A stretch of 64,000 nt of DNA, taken from Candidatus Latescibacterota bacterium (GTDB taxonomy: Bacteria; Latescibacterota; UBA2968; UBA8231). The stretch covers positions 3,008,001 to 3,072,000 of the forward strand of contig CBDETY010000003.1 in NCBI GenBank assembly GCA_965243025.1, in the 5' to 3' direction. Both the position numbers and the translations under genes were made by a program. Positions 1-12,400 of this stretch are shown one piece after another. The first letter of the stretch is position 1, and every line of letters begins with the position of its first letter. The notes beneath the pieces are model-generated. The model did no database searches. It saw only the letters and a list, made by a program, of their open reading frames with translations, and was not told where the DNA came from.

Positions 1-57
1 GTGATATTTTGGTGGCCACCGAAAGTATTGTCCCTCTCCTTGGCGGATGCCCCCGCT

Positions 58-738
58 TTAGCTCCAGTTTACGAATACCAGGTCTTCGAGGTCGTCTACG
101 GTGATCTCGATCCCGGTCGGCTCCACCGGTTCAAAGCCCTCATGGTACTCGTCCGGGATTTCGATTCCCCTGCCCACTGAATAGCCCGTCGGGAAGTCAT
201 GCACCCAGTGCGTGTCCTCGCCCGTATGGCCGCCCTCGTAGTAGATGACGTTGTGCCGGGTGGCCCCTCCTATGAATCCGCTTCCGTAATCGAAGTCCAG
301 CGGGACGAACCCCTCTTCCAGGGAAGCAGAGCTGTCCAAAACCACGATATACGCAACCCCCAGGGTGCCCCGGTTGAGCACGTCGTCGGGCGGGGTTGGT
401 AGCGGAAGCTCGAAGGTCATGTCCGCCAGGTTGGGCTCGGTTTCGCCCCAGAGGTAGTTACGGTCCGGGTCCCCGCCTACGGACCACAGGAGCACCACCC
501 GGATACCAGGGGGAAGACCGATGTCGGTGTTGTTCGTGATGATGCCCGTAACCACGAACGGAACCATCATTGTGTCTACCGCAAGTTCCTGTGCCACTGC
601 CTCCGCCAGGCCAGCCACCGGCTCGCTGCGCGTGATACTGCTGCTCACGCGCTTGCCGGCTGGTTCGGCCGGAGATACCGGATCTTCCTTGCTACAGGCC
701 AGCAGGACCCACGGCAGGACATACAGGACGTATCTCAT
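58..738 (-). CDS. Hypothetical lipoprotein
   Basis: 226 aa ORF with signal peptide and lipobox LLAC; no family recognised. Confidence 0.75.
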   Translation of the reverse strand: MRYVLYVLPWVLLACSKEDPVSPAEPAGKRVSSSITRSEPVAGLAEAVAQELAVDTMMVPFVVTGIITNNTDIGLPPGIRVVLLWSVGGDPDRNYLWGETEPNLADMTFELPLPTPPDDVLNRGTLGVAYIVVLDSSASLEEGFVPLDFDYGSGFIGGATRHNVIYYEGGHTGEDTHWVHDFPTGYSVGRGIEIPDEYHEGFEPVEPTGIEITVDDLEDLVFVNWS

Positions 739-1412
739 CTCGATCTTCCTTCATGATTCAATCTCAGGACTCTGGGTCCCTCGATTAACAGACCGGTCGC
801 CTCCCTCCGTGGAAACAGTAGGCGACTCGCCCCGGGGAAAAAAAACCAATATCGCGTTCAGGAGCTTCTTGGAGGAGCAGGGAACCGTGATGATTGAGTC
901 ATCGCCACAATCCATTGGGAGGCCACCCGTAAAGATGCGGCAAGGTGCCTGCTCCCCACAGTTGGACGATTAACTTCAGACCCCAGTTCCCAGCAGCAAG
1001 GAGGGGGATGCGGGGGTCGAGACCTCCGGTGCTTGATCCAGCGTCCCCGGGTGATTTCAGTCCGGACAGGTGTTCAGAAAATGCCCGTCTGAGGTGGCGG
1101 CTGCACTTGCCAGAAAGGCATCATCGCCAAGCGGAACAACGAGGTCGCGGAGGTAATCCCGCCCGTCTTCGGTTGTCCCGTTTCTCGCTGTTCCGCCGTC
1201 GAAGGAACGCGCAGAGAGCGGATACAGCACAGACAGCCCGAACAGCGCGGCCGATCCGGGGTCAGGCTCCAGCTCGTCAAGGTAGGTCTGGGATCCCAGC
1301 CGGAAGTGCGATTCCCACCCGGCCCACCTGTTTGGGCTTTTGTTCCTGAGCCAGGCAGGGCGTCCTGGCCCAGCATCCAGATGAGAACAGCGATGGCGAT
1401 GGCGGATTTCAT

Positions 1413-2333
1413 TTGCGGGTCTTTCTTATGGAACTCGACCTGAACGCCGCCCGCACCGACTTGGATACGGTCCTGGAGGGCCAGAAAAAGCAGCAGTTGC
1501 CGGTGGAAGTGATCGATGAGCTCCTCAACCGCGAGCGCGTCCACCGCTTCGAGCGCCGGGTGGCCACCAACCTGAGACTGTCGGGCATGGCCGCGACCAG
1601 GACCCTGGAAAGCTTCGATTTCCACGCCCAGGCCCAGGTGCCCAAACAGACCATCGACGAGCTCGCCACGCTGCGCTTCCTGCACCAGGGGACCAACGTC
1701 CTGTTCCTCGGACCGCCCGGGGTCGGCAAATCGCACCTGGCTCTCGGCCTGGCCCTCAAGGCCATCGAGCGCGGCCACCGCGTCTATTTCCTGACCCTGC
1801 ACGATCTGGTCACCCGCTCCCGCAGCGCTCGCGAGAAGAACCGGCTGTCCGTCCTGCTCCAGACGCTGACCCGACCCGACCTGCTGGTCCTGGACGAGGT
1901 CGGCTACCTGCCCCTGGAGCGCCAGGACGCCACCTTCCTCTTCGAAGTGGTCAGCAAGCGCTACGAAGCGCTCAAGTCCATCATCCTGACCAGCAACAAG
2001 AGCTATGGCACCTGGAACGAGATCTTTCCCGATCCGGTGCTGGCCACCGCGCTCCTGGACCGCTTGTTACACCACTCCTCCACCATCAACATCCGGGGGG
2101 ACAGCTACCGCCTGCGGCATCGTCGCCAGGCCGGACTCACCACCGGGGATACCCCTCGTCAACCGGAAGGAGAACACATGCGCGGACAGAATCCAGCCGC
2201 GTGGAGTAGAAAAGTGTCCACTCTTAAACCGTTGGAACTGTCAACTTTTAAACCGTTCTTGACAGCGGACGAGGAGATCCTTCATCCCTTGGTGAAATGC
2301 TCACCGATCAGGGCTGAAACATGGATGGCATGA
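1413..2333 (+). CDS. istB: IS21-family IstB helper ATPase (3' end runs through the IS end; istA absent or degraded)
   Basis: Walker A GPPGVGKS, LLVLDEVGYL, IILTSN, ALLDRLLHH, GDSYR motifs. Confidence 0.9.
   Translation: MRVFLMELDLNAARTDLDTVLEGQKKQQLPVEVIDELLNRERVHRFERRVATNLRLSGMAATRTLESFDFHAQAQVPKQTIDELATLRFLHQGTNVLFLGPPGVGKSHLALGLALKAIERGHRVYFLTLHDLVTRSRSAREKNRLSVLLQTLTRPDLLVLDEVGYLPLERQDATFLFEVVSKRYEALKSIILTSNKSYGTWNEIFPDPVLATALLDRLLHHSSTINIRGDSYRLRHRRQAGLTTGDTPRQPEGEHMRGQNPAAWSRKVSTLKPLELSTFKPFLTADEEILHPLVKCSPIRAETWMA
2211..2264. repeat. IS21 right end with tandem sub-terminal repeats
   Basis: tgtccactcttaaaccgtt / tgtcaacttttaaaccgtt followed by terminal ...TTGACA. Confidence 0.75.
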
Positions 2334-2521
2334 CCCCCGCTCCAGGCGAGTAAAACGGCCAGCACAAATAGCGCTCAGCGGTCAAATCCAAAGCGCGGTT
2401 TCTGGAGTACCCATTCCCACACCGCGGGAACCCGAGGATCATCACAAACCGGATGCCACCCGAAACCATAGCGAAAATTAGCCTGTCAAACCTGTTCGCA
2501 AAACGGGGCTTACATCCCCAA

Positions 2522-3562
2522 CTATTCGAAACTATACACAGCCACTGAGTCTCTCCTGCAGACAAGCAACTCTGCATCGGCATTATTCATCACATCTCCA
2601 AGTAAGTACGGCCCAATGCCGTCCTCTCCTGGAACCGAGATAGAACGATCAAACACCAGAGTGTCTTGTCGCCATTCAAAACACCAAGGGCTACGATGGC
2701 CTTGGTACGCGGAACCGCCGACTAACAGCTCTACACGTCCATCTCGATCAACGTCGGCAGCCCCGATCAGGTAGGATCGGGGAGATTCGGCAAACTTCAC
2801 AAGCCGGGAGGATGTGGCTTCCTTGAGCAGCCAGAATTCGCCCCTCATGTCGTGTGACGGCGCGTAGATGGCGACCTCGTCAGCTCCATCGCCGTCAAAG
2901 TCCCTTGCAACAACGCTGAGATCATCTCCGTATCCTCCCCACGATGTGACCGTGCCGGTGATTTCGGTTTCGATCTTGAACAGACCGTGATCGAGGCGGG
3001 TAGTTGCGAATCGGTAACGTCTGAAAATACCAGCTGGACCGGTTTCCAAGGATGAGAGAAAACCAACGAAGAACCGTCGCTCCGCACCTTCCTTCAGGAC
3101 GTCGATGAAGCGAACGGGGAGGGCAAAACCCGTTGGATTATAGTGGGTGATCACCCAGTCAGGAAACCTCATATTGCACCACACCAAATCCCTCCGTTTT
3201 CCCATCCATATACCTCCTGAATCAATGGCCACGTCGTGGACATCGTACAGTTTTTGCGCATTCGTTCGGAGGAGGCGAAATTTGACTCCATCCCAGCTAT
3301 ATGCCAAAGGGTCTCCGCTAAACCCTGCATCCAGGGATTCCCGCCTGCCCCGAATGCAGACCAATTCATCCTTTGGATCCTTATTGATATTGCCGATCTC
3401 GAATATCAGGGTGGCCTTTGAACTTTGTGCATCAGTTCCCTGCGATTGCCCGAGGTCGAGTTTTCCTTGCCAAACCAGGCTGACACTAAGAGGTTCTTCT
3501 GAAATTGCTGCCGTTGCACAAACGAGGGGAATCAACAAACAAACTGAAAAACGCAATAACAT
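2522..3562 (-). CDS. Secreted FG-GAP/VCBS-repeat protein
   Basis: Signal peptide from ATG 3562 (MLLRFSVCLLIPLVC); Ca-binding DFDGDGADE and DVDRDGRVELL motifs. Confidence 0.7.
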   Translation of the reverse strand: MLLRFSVCLLIPLVCATAAISEEPLSVSLVWQGKLDLGQSQGTDAQSSKATLIFEIGNINKDPKDELVCIRGRRESLDAGFSGDPLAYSWDGVKFRLLRTNAQKLYDVHDVAIDSGGIWMGKRRDLVWCNMRFPDWVITHYNPTGFALPVRFIDVLKEGAERRFFVGFLSSLETGPAGIFRRYRFATTRLDHGLFKIETEITGTVTSWGGYGDDLSVVARDFDGDGADEVAIYAPSHDMRGEFWLLKEATSSRLVKFAESPRSYLIGAADVDRDGRVELLVGGSAYQGHRSPWCFEWRQDTLVFDRSISVPGEDGIGPYLLGDVMNNADAELLVCRRDSVAVYSFE

Positions 3563-4165
3563 GGTCTTCCTCACATCTCGAATCGATTGTCCAGTAGAAA
3601 GATGAATCAATGCACGGGAATACTCCGGTGAGGTTCCCCCGATGCCGATCATGCCGTCAACGAGACCGCGAATCTGATTCAGGGTGAATGGCGCAGGGAT
3701 CTTTTCGTTGCATTGCACCCTTGGGAAATCGCCACCGTGGATCGGAAGGCCACCGCACTGATCGAGGGAGGGATCTTAGTCCGGATCGGGTTTCCGGGAG
3801 ATTCCAGGAACGGGTGCGTCGAGGTGCCGTTGGGTGCTGAACATCAGCGGAACGGCGTGATCCGCGCCGAGAATCTGTAAAACTGCCCGAACTTCTGCAA
3901 GGATCGACCTGATGGCTCTGTTTCTCGATGGAAGAGCTTCTCCGACGAGGATATCCCTTCATCGCCTTGGGTTTCCTGCAGGCCGTCGAGGGCAGTCGAT
4001 TCGATCTGTCCCTGGCATGGTCTATCGCGATCCGCCGGCCTGCAAGAAGACAGGCAGACTCCATCTGAAGGATTCCCTGGTTTGTTGCTTGGGGAATCGG
4101 GCAATCAGGCGAAGCCGGGCGCGCGCTTACGGGCGCATATCCGCTTTCAGGTTGCCCCAGGTGGT

Positions 4166-5100
4166 TGGAGTTGACCCGATTTCGTGGACACTTCATTTCT
4201 TGAAGAGAGAAAGGAGGGTGTCCAAACCATGCCGAAATCCCATTCCCCTTACCCGCCGGAATTCCGGCAACAGATGGTGGAGCTGGTACGGGCGGGTCGT
4301 AGCCCGGAGTCGCTGGCCAAGGAATTCGAGCCGTCCGGGCAGACGATCCGCAACTGGGTGATCCAGGCCGATCGCGATGAGGGAGTACGCCGCGACGGGC
4401 CCTCCCGTCCAGAGCAGGAGGAGTTGCGGCGCCTTCGCCGTGAGAACAAGCAGTTGCGTATCGAACGGGAGATCCTGGCAAAAGCCACGGCCTGGTTCGC
4501 TCGCGAGGCCGACTCGGGGTCCGGCCCGTCTACGAGTTCATGAGAGCGCACCAGGCCGACTTTCCGGTGCTGACGATGTGCCGCGTGCTGAAGGTTTCGC
4601 CCAGCGGCTACTACGCATGGTTGAAACGCCCGCCTTCGGGTCGCGCTCGGGCCGATGCCCTGCTCAAGGCGCGCGTCGCGCAGATCCACCAACGCTCCCG
4701 GGGCACCTACGGGGCGCCGAGGATCCGAGCCGAACTGGCCGAGGAGGGCCAAGCCATCGGTCGCAAGCGCATCGCCCGGTTGATGCTCGAGCTCGGAGTG
4801 CGCGGGGTATGCGGCCGCCGCCGCATCTCCACCACCCGTCGCAGCCGGCAGGGCCGGGTCGCCTCCGATCTGGTCAACCGGGTGTTTTGGGCCTCGGGTC
4901 CGAATCAGCTGTGGGTGGCCGACATCACCTACATCCCCACCAGGGCGAAGTTTTTGTACCTGAGCGTGGTCCTGGACGCCTGGAGCCGCCGGGTGGTAGG
5001 CTGGGCCATGGCGACGCATCTGCGTACGCAACTGGTGCTGGACGCCTTGGACATGGCCCTGCACCGGCGCCGTCCAAAGAAAGTCATTCACCACTCCGAT
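4166..5100 (+). mobile_element. IS3-family element, 3'-truncated (orfA 4229-4543; orfB from 4540 cut at HHSD)
   Basis: IRL TGGAGTTGACCCGATTTCGTGGACAC; close paralog of 59116-60375; similarity stops abruptly at 5100. Confidence 0.92.
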
Positions 5101-5434
5101 GGGATATATATACTTAATTCAGCAAGGATATTTTAGTAATCTCCTCCGCGAATTTAAAGATAATATGGTATAACCTAATAGAGCAATTATCAGAGAGAAG
5201 GACATCCAGGTCCTCAAGTGTTTAGCCAGGAGAGGGGAGATGTCGGCGATTCGGGGCGACATATTATTCGTAGTCAGGCAGTCTGTATCCGGCGATAATC
5301 CGGATTCCTCCCGGGTGGCACCGTAGATCGAGAGGCCATCACCGGGATGAGCAGTTTCCGCGTTCTGCCTGGGGCATTTCCCCAGGCTCAGATCTTCCGG
5401 TTTATCGGCATGGAGAGCATCTTCGCCTCTGGGA

Positions 5435-6452
5435 TCAGACAAGCAGGGGGGTTGTCATCCTGCTGGCCTTTCGGAAAGGTTCGCCCTCTCTACACCGATG
5501 ATGAGTGTAGGGAACCGGAGGAACCTCCGTCGCCAGCAGATCCCGATAGGTCAGCCGTTTCCGCCTCATCCGCGCCGTCAAATATTTCATCTTCTCCTCG
5601 GGGTCCAGGTGCCGGATGTTGAATCGGCCTGCGATCTCGTTGAAGTAGCGGGGGTAATACTTCGGAGATGCGTGGCCATAGGTCCCGTAAAGGGATCGCT
5701 TCGCCCAAGCATTGAACGATTCCGCTCCGTTGATATGGGCACTGCCTCGAACGTATTGCCTTTTACCGTGCTTTACGACTTCGTGCCTCTCCGACAATCC
5801 GAAATAGGACGGGAACTCGTCGGTGTAGAGGATCCCCTCTGGGCGTTTGTGTTTCCCTACAATGGGGCGCAAGGTCTTGCGCTTCCTGTCGGGGACCGGC
5901 TCAAGGGCTGCCCTGCGGGTTTCCCGGCAGTAGGCTGCGACCCCGATACTCCTGCTCTTATGCCAGTGGCGGCCGAATTTCTTGTTGCCGTGTCTGTTTT
6001 TATCATTTCCGCCGTAAAAGGCTTCATCCACTTCAACGGCCATGCTGCTGAGGCTTTCCTGTTCTGGCCATCCTTCCCGGATGCGCTGCAGCATGAACAA
6101 GGCGGTTTTATGCGTTACCACGATGTCGGAGGCAAGCTGCTTGGCGCTGATTCCCTGCGACCGGGTATGCAGGTGGGAGGGCGGTTGCCCATTTCTGATA
6201 GGGAAGCGGGGAGTCGGACATCACCCCTCCCTTGCGGACGCTGAAGTGGCTTCGACAGTCGCCGCACCAGTAGGGCATGGGCTTGCGGTTGCGACATTCC
6301 GATATCATCCCGGAACAGCCGCAGTGTGGGCAATATATGGACTCGGGAAGGCCGTCTACCGTCTTCCCCCATCTTTCTTCTTCGAACCATTCTTCTGCCG
6401 TTTTGTTGCCTGGAAATTTTACCGTTAACTGAATACCATTACCGTTCTTCAC
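5435..6452 (-). pseudogene. IS1595-family transposase, frameshifted (6108-6452 Zn-ribbon; 5435-6121 DDE)
   Basis: CPHCG..CGDC zinc ribbon; VEVDEAFYGG, LYTDE, HINGAESF motifs in two frames; probable end GGGATATATATACTTAA at 5101. Confidence 0.85.
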
Positions 6453-7212
6453 TGCCTATAACCTTCGGGCCGTGGAATACCGTACTGAGACCAGCGGCCC
6501 TCATAAAACGATGTGATTCACGCTCCCATGGCGATCCTTTCGGTCAGGGAATGTGAGGGACTGAGAAGCGGCGGTGGGTCCTGCCTGCCTCCGTGTTGAT
6601 GACTATTCAATGTACCTGGGTGGATTAAAAAGGCAAATCGGGCTTGCGGAGAAAGTCGAAAAGGCCCGTAAGGGAGGCGGGAAACTTTGGTGTCTGGAAG
6701 CGGGAGGAGGGGGGAGGCGCAGGAAGGCCCGATTCCAGGAGGGGGTGGAGCCGGCAGTCGGGGGAACGGAGTCGGCGGTGCGATCCCGCCAATCTGTCAA
6801 CAGACCTTCGACGGGGGAAAATACAGGCTTCGGAGGTCGAGAAGGAGGAGAGCCAGGTCTCGGATATCGGGAGGAGACTGGGCCAGGCTTTTTCGAAGGG
6901 CGGAAGCCGGGAGGACGGTTATCGCGGGGTTCTCTGGGAGATTCAGGAACGCCGTGTCGAGGCGGCGCTGCGGTATGATACGACGTAATGACCTTTGCTC
7001 CACGACGGCGGGAGCTTCGCCGAGGAGGAGGACAGGAATCACCCGAGGGGAAGGACTTAAATCAAAGGCCCGCACCAAAGGAAACGGCATGACTTCCCTG
7101 CAGGCTCACAACAAGCTCGCTCCGAGCAGGGGTAAGTGTCAGGGAATTACTTTCCCTGTCCACGTTTGGTCGACAAGTGAGTCTATAACGCTTAACTAAA
7201 GCAGAGGGGAAA

Positions 7213-7236
7213 GTGAGGGGGAAATCCCGCCTCACC
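7213..7236 (-). terminator. Possible intrinsic terminator after the three-gene operon
   Basis: GTGAGG/CCTCAC plus GGGA/TCCC hairpin just after the stop at 7241; only a short T-run follows. Confidence 0.35.
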
Positions 7237-7240
7237 CCCC

Positions 7241-7693
7241 TCATCTAATCACCGCAGGATAAAGGTCTTCTCTGGCTAACTTAGCTAAAGCCTTGCGTAC
7301 TTTCAGATTTCCATGTTTGCCATCATAATAACCGCTAATTACTGCATGAGAAGGATCATTCTGACTTGGCTTGCTGTTGACCGTCAGTTTATATCCCAAC
7401 TCTTCGGGAATCGATTTAATAATTTGGTCAACATTCATCCTGGCAAGCTTTTCTTCAGGGCACAAGGGTAAATTCTTCCTCTTTAATAATTCCCTTGCTT
7501 TGTTTATTGAACAACTAATCTGCATAGAGGAGCCTGTTGAAGGACATAAACATTCAAGCCAGTTTACTGATGCCTCTTTTTCATTCATTTTCCATTTCAA
7601 AGAGAAAGAAAGGCTTGTAGGAAGGTTATTTTTCAATGTGAAATCTCTACAATACCGAAGGACATAATCCTTATGAGGAATTAAGGTAGCCAT
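7241..7693 (-). CDS. Putative ADP-ribosyltransferase/RES-like toxin
   Basis: 150 aa; VLRY ... SVNW ... PSHAVI pattern resembles ART-fold toxins (inference). Confidence 0.5.
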   Translation of the reverse strand: MATLIPHKDYVLRYCRDFTLKNNLPTSLSFSLKWKMNEKEASVNWLECLCPSTGSSMQISCSINKARELLKRKNLPLCPEEKLARMNVDQIIKSIPEELGYKLTVNSKPSQNDPSHAVISGYYDGKHGNLKVRKALAKLAREDLYPAVIR

Positions 7694-8367
7694 TTTTCTC
7701 CTCTACCAATTTTAAAACCAAAATCTTCGGAAATTTGCATAACATCCCTTAGGTGTAATGCGGTGGCTTTCCACCATTCTTGAGAAAGCTCTCTCAATGG
7801 TTGCTTAATCCCCAATTCTCTAAACATGGGTTCCGCTGTTTCCATGACTTTGTCTTTCGCGAATAATCCCTCGATATTCCATTCCCTCCCAAGGTCGGGA
7901 GACAATGCGGCAAATCTAATTTTCCCCTCTGATAAAAACTCCATAGATAAATCTCCCTTTTCCGTCTCCCATGAAGCAGAATAAATACCACTGCCTGCAA
8001 CAATTCCACATTGGGAAATCAAATATCTATTGTGTAGGAAAAACCATCTAAGACAAGACTCAGACTCCTCACTTAAGGGAGGTTCTTCGGGGTCATCCTC
8101 AATCATATCTTTCAACTCCACAATTCTATCCTCGATAGAGTCGCTTTCCTCAATAGCTTCATCTGAAGCTATTTTATACGGAATATTTTGGGATGGTCGT
8201 GGCAAAGGAGGATCAAAACTCATATACACATGCAAATAAGAAGCAAGTTCTGCAAAGAAGTTGTACTGATCGAATTCGGATTGATAAAGTTCTTCTAATG
8301 AGCGTTGTCGTGTAACATTGCTAATTGGATCCAATCTGTTTATTACTCCTGCTTTAGCCAAGGACAT
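7681..8367 (-). CDS. Hypothetical protein, candidate antitoxin/partner
   Basis: 228 aa, overlaps the downstream gene by 13 bp; acidic. Confidence 0.6.
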   Translation of the reverse strand: MSLAKAGVINRLDPISNVTRQRSLEELYQSEFDQYNFFAELASYLHVYMSFDPPLPRPSQNIPYKIASDEAIEESDSIEDRIVELKDMIEDDPEEPPLSEESESCLRWFFLHNRYLISQCGIVAGSGIYSASWETEKGDLSMEFLSEGKIRFAALSPDLGREWNIEGLFAKDKVMETAEPMFRELGIKQPLRELSQEWWKATALHLRDVMQISEDFGFKIGRGEKWLP

Positions 8368-8369
8368 GT

Positions 8370-9032
8370 TTATTCTCCTTCAATTAGATTTTTCAGAGAT
8401 CCCAGTATAGCAGACTGGTGTTTCTCCCAGTCTCTAATGGCATCTTGGTAAGACTGAATATGGGGTAATCTTCCGTGGTGGACATTACATTCTGCGGATA
8501 ATACAGGTCTTTCAGTTTCTTTGTTGCCTTCGCGAGTTATCTGTATAGCTGGCTTTAGCTCTATGCCTCGATAGATATGGGGAAAGCCGGATGGGTAGAT
8601 AAGGTTTGCCTCCATTCCCAATAAATCCATACCTGAAATATGAGAAGAAAATTTTTCAATTATCCATTCCTTAGGATCTGTGACATCGATGTTTATCAAA
8701 CAGTTTAATCCCATATTCCCGTAAGTATTCAAAGAGAATTTTTCCAGATACTTGATAGCAACATCATGGACAAGGAAACTACCTTTTACTTCTCGTGTAG
8801 ATGAAAATTCCTGGGTTACATTCATGGATTCCTTATTAACTCCCCATCGAATTTCATTTTCGAATCCATAGAACGCGGCTTCCAATCCTGAAGTTCCACC
8901 AACTGCTTTCCAACTGCTATCAATAACCCCATTATCCAGCAAAAAATTTGGAGTGAATGTAGCCGGGCTATAGTTGCCCGAAATTACTACGCTTGCCCAT
9001 AAGAGACGGTAGGGTGATTTTTCAGAGGTCAT
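8370..9032 (-). CDS. Hypothetical protein, TIGR04255-like
   Basis: 220 aa; N-terminal SVVISGNYSPATFTPNFL and C-terminal NVH resemble TIGR04255-type proteins; 2 bp from the next gene. Confidence 0.55.
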   Translation of the reverse strand: MTSEKSPYRLLWASVVISGNYSPATFTPNFLLDNGVIDSSWKAVGGTSGLEAAFYGFENEIRWGVNKESMNVTQEFSSTREVKGSFLVHDVAIKYLEKFSLNTYGNMGLNCLINIDVTDPKEWIIEKFSSHISGMDLLGMEANLIYPSGFPHIYRGIELKPAIQITREGNKETERPVLSAECNVHHGRLPHIQSYQDAIRDWEKHQSAILGSLKNLIEGE

Positions 9033-9412
9033 TTAGTGAATTCCTTTGGTGAGAATAAATGTATTTTGTTGCAATTCCGTTACAAACGGTAAACCAAGAA
9101 CTAGAGAGTGAAAAAGAATAGATCGTCCTTTTAGTGTTATACCACGAACCATGCCGAAATATCGGTATCATCCCGAAAATATGTTATCGGTCCCCCGACA
9201 GAGAGTGTATCCCTTTCCCTGAAACGGCGACCCGTTGGTGTGGCTGATGCAGTTCTGCAGTTTGGACGGCCAGATTCTCCGGGGGTCAGGGCTGACAGAA
9301 CTCGATATCTCCACCACGTGGGAAAAAATACCACCCCAACCCTGGGGTCGTCCTATTTGCGCAATGGGTGGATCGATTTCAGGGGCGCACTTCACACTGT
9401 TTCTTTTCGTAG

Positions 9413-12400
9413 TTAGGGTGAAAGGGCTACGTACGAGGGCTTCCTCTTTCCTTCTCCGAAATAGAGTGCCTTAAACCTTTCCATCTGCTTGATCCTATCG
9501 ATGAGTGACCGCTCTTGCCGGGAGTCCGAGACATTCCGGACAAGAAACTTCGCATCTGTATCAGTAGAACGAAGAACGAGATAGTTGGCAATGGCCGAAA
9601 AAACGGAGGTATCGAAGTCTCGCGCTTCCTGGGATGCCAATACTAACGAGATTCCGTACTTGCGGCACTCCTTTGCCATCGTTGGGATTAGTTTTAGTCG
9701 AGCGGCACGATGTGCTTCGTCGAAAACCAATGCATGAGTTATACGCTCTTGGATACCTCTGCGAAACATATCCTTGTACAACCCGTAGAACACCAGAAAG
9801 GCAAACGCCCGCTGCAAGGTTTCGTTTTGCGTCGTGTGAATACGGATTATAGTCGGCAGTTCTCCCTCCCACAGGCTTTCTTGCGACTCAACATCCGTAT
9901 TAAAAAACCCGTAGTCATCCAACTCGCCCAGACGCGCTAGTAACGTACGCAATTCTCGGTTCGGCTTGGGGTCGCCTCGCAGGATCTCCAGGAAACGCCT
10001 GAATTTCGGCTCCCGGATAGCTTCCTCGGAGCCCCACCCTATCTCTTCGAAGCTCTCCTTGATGGTCGTTCGAATTCGATCCTTTTGAATATCTCCCAAT
10101 TCCGGGTAAATGGCAGAGAATATGTCCCGCATTGCGCCTGCAACATCCAAATGCGCCATCCGAGATTCACGATCAATCACCTTCAACGGATTGAATCCCA
10201 GACCATCGAAGTCGACAAAGCGGACTTTTCCGACGGATTCTTGGAGTCTTTCGTCAATGTCCTGATGATAGGAAAAAATGACAGGTCGAATCCCGGTTGA
10301 AACCATCTGCTTGCAAAGGTTTACCAAGCAGGTTGTCTTTCCCATGCCCGGCAATCCTGCAATCAAAAGGTGTGGGTTCCCTTTCACTCCAAGACTCCAA
10401 CAGACCTCGGTGTTGGTTAGGGCCTCTTTCCCCAGATGGACAGCGGGTATTGGCGCGACCTTATCGGAGATAGAGCCATCTTGGTTGTCAACAGATCTCC
10501 CAACATCGTCCTTTTTTGGCATTCCGCCTTCGTTTGGCGCTTTGCTTTTGGCCTGATAGACCGTGTTTTCTTGACCAAAAAACCCGGGGCCAGAACCCTC
10601 TGAACTGAAATCGGAATCGGGCAGAAGACCAGGACCAAACAAGAAAATCTGGGTGTCCCATTCCTCTGGGGAGATTCTGAGCGGACGAATGCCGGCGTAC
10701 TCAGGACAAAACACCCACCCGCGATCTTCTCCCGGAACAGTGGGGACGAAAGCATAGTCTCCTCCTCTTTCAATCATGCGATCAATTTCCGAAACAAGAA
10801 CCGTATATTGTTCCACCGGTAAATAGTGTCTGTGCGCCTTGTCGGCATAGAATCGTAACACTCTACCTAACTTAGCACGGCGGATCGCCCTAAAAGGACC
10901 ACATATGTCCTCATGGCTGTACCAACGGCTCCACCTATTTCGAAGCGTTTGAGTTTGCCGATTGATCTGTTCAAGAATCTCTGGTGATCGTGCGTTACGC
11001 AAATGCCGACGGTACTTCACCTCGACAAATCGAAAACTTAGACCTTTCCTGGGAATCATGGTGACGTGGATTAAGTCCGGACGTGTACCTATTTCGCCTT
11101 CACCTACCTCAGCCAATGGTGGAAGTAACTCCCCAACGTCATCGACCGGGACGACAAACCCCTGCTCAAGCGAAACCCAGCACTCGCTATTGCCCGAGGC
11201 GCCCTGACAATTGGCGTGAGACACCGCCAAGGCAATCAGCTCCGATGTAGCGGGACTGTTGCCCGTTAGACGGATGGCGAGCCGCCCACTAAGCGCTTTC
11301 AGATGCTCCAAAAGGAATTCGGCGTTCCGGCGGCTGTGGCTCAACCCCATCTGGTCAAGGGCACCATCTAACAGATTCCGAACTTCATCCAGATTTGCGG
11401 TCGAAGTTATCAACTGGAGGCAGCCAAGATCCTCGCGCTCCGGGACGCAGTCGATGACATATGCGTCATAAATTTCCCGATTGTCCCGAGGCGAATCGAA
11501 GTATTCGATTCCGGCGTTCCGATCCAACGTTACAACCCAATCACATAGCCGGTGTAATTCCCGGAGGCTGTCGGCCTTCTCCCGGGTAATTTCCGTCTTC
11601 AATACTGGTAGATTCGTTACGGTACCAAGGTGCCGGGAAACCGCGCCATTAATGGCGTTTTGGAGCCGAATGAGCATTTCGGTGTGTGTCCGGCGTGATG
11701 GGTGCTTTTCACCTTCCGTTGCCTGGGGAGTAGCACTGATCCACAAGGGTGAAGGCCGGTTTGAGTAGAATCGTTCGAAGAAGGACATTAAACCGAAGGC
11801 GTAGTACGGTCCGGACCTGCGTGTTTCTTCATTCCCTGCGACAACGTGGGATTGGAAGGTGTCGAAGGCAATGGCGAGGTGCGCGGCCGAATTTGGGTCA
11901 GGCCGTTCCTTCCGAGCCCAACGCAACCGAGGCATGTTGACACCTCCCGGTAGGCTCAAGGATTCCAGCATCCATCGGTCTTCAGCAGAAAGAACACCTG
12001 CCCCGCTACGGCGTTTCTCTCTCGCCTCTGAGATAAATCGTCCCGCGACGCCTCGCTGTTCCTCCGACGGGTAGAGGTCTAAAGAAAATACTGGCGCGGG
12101 AATTGGTCGTTCCTCCGCGTCATCTTCGTCTTCTTGCCGGCGGTGTTCGTGAACGCGCCCTAGAGATCGGGCAACTGTCAACCCGTCTCCGGCACGGAGT
12201 GCATGAATGTGAAGCAACTGAGCAGTATCATGACAATCAAGGTATTTAATGATTTCGTTTCCCAACACCTTCGAACTCTGACTACCCACGGTTGGAGCCG
12301 TGTCATCACCTTCGCCATCCTGCAACGCCCGGGCGAGAATGGCCACCGCGGCCTTTGGTTCCTTGTCAATGTCCGGGACCATTCCCACGGCATGGAAGCC

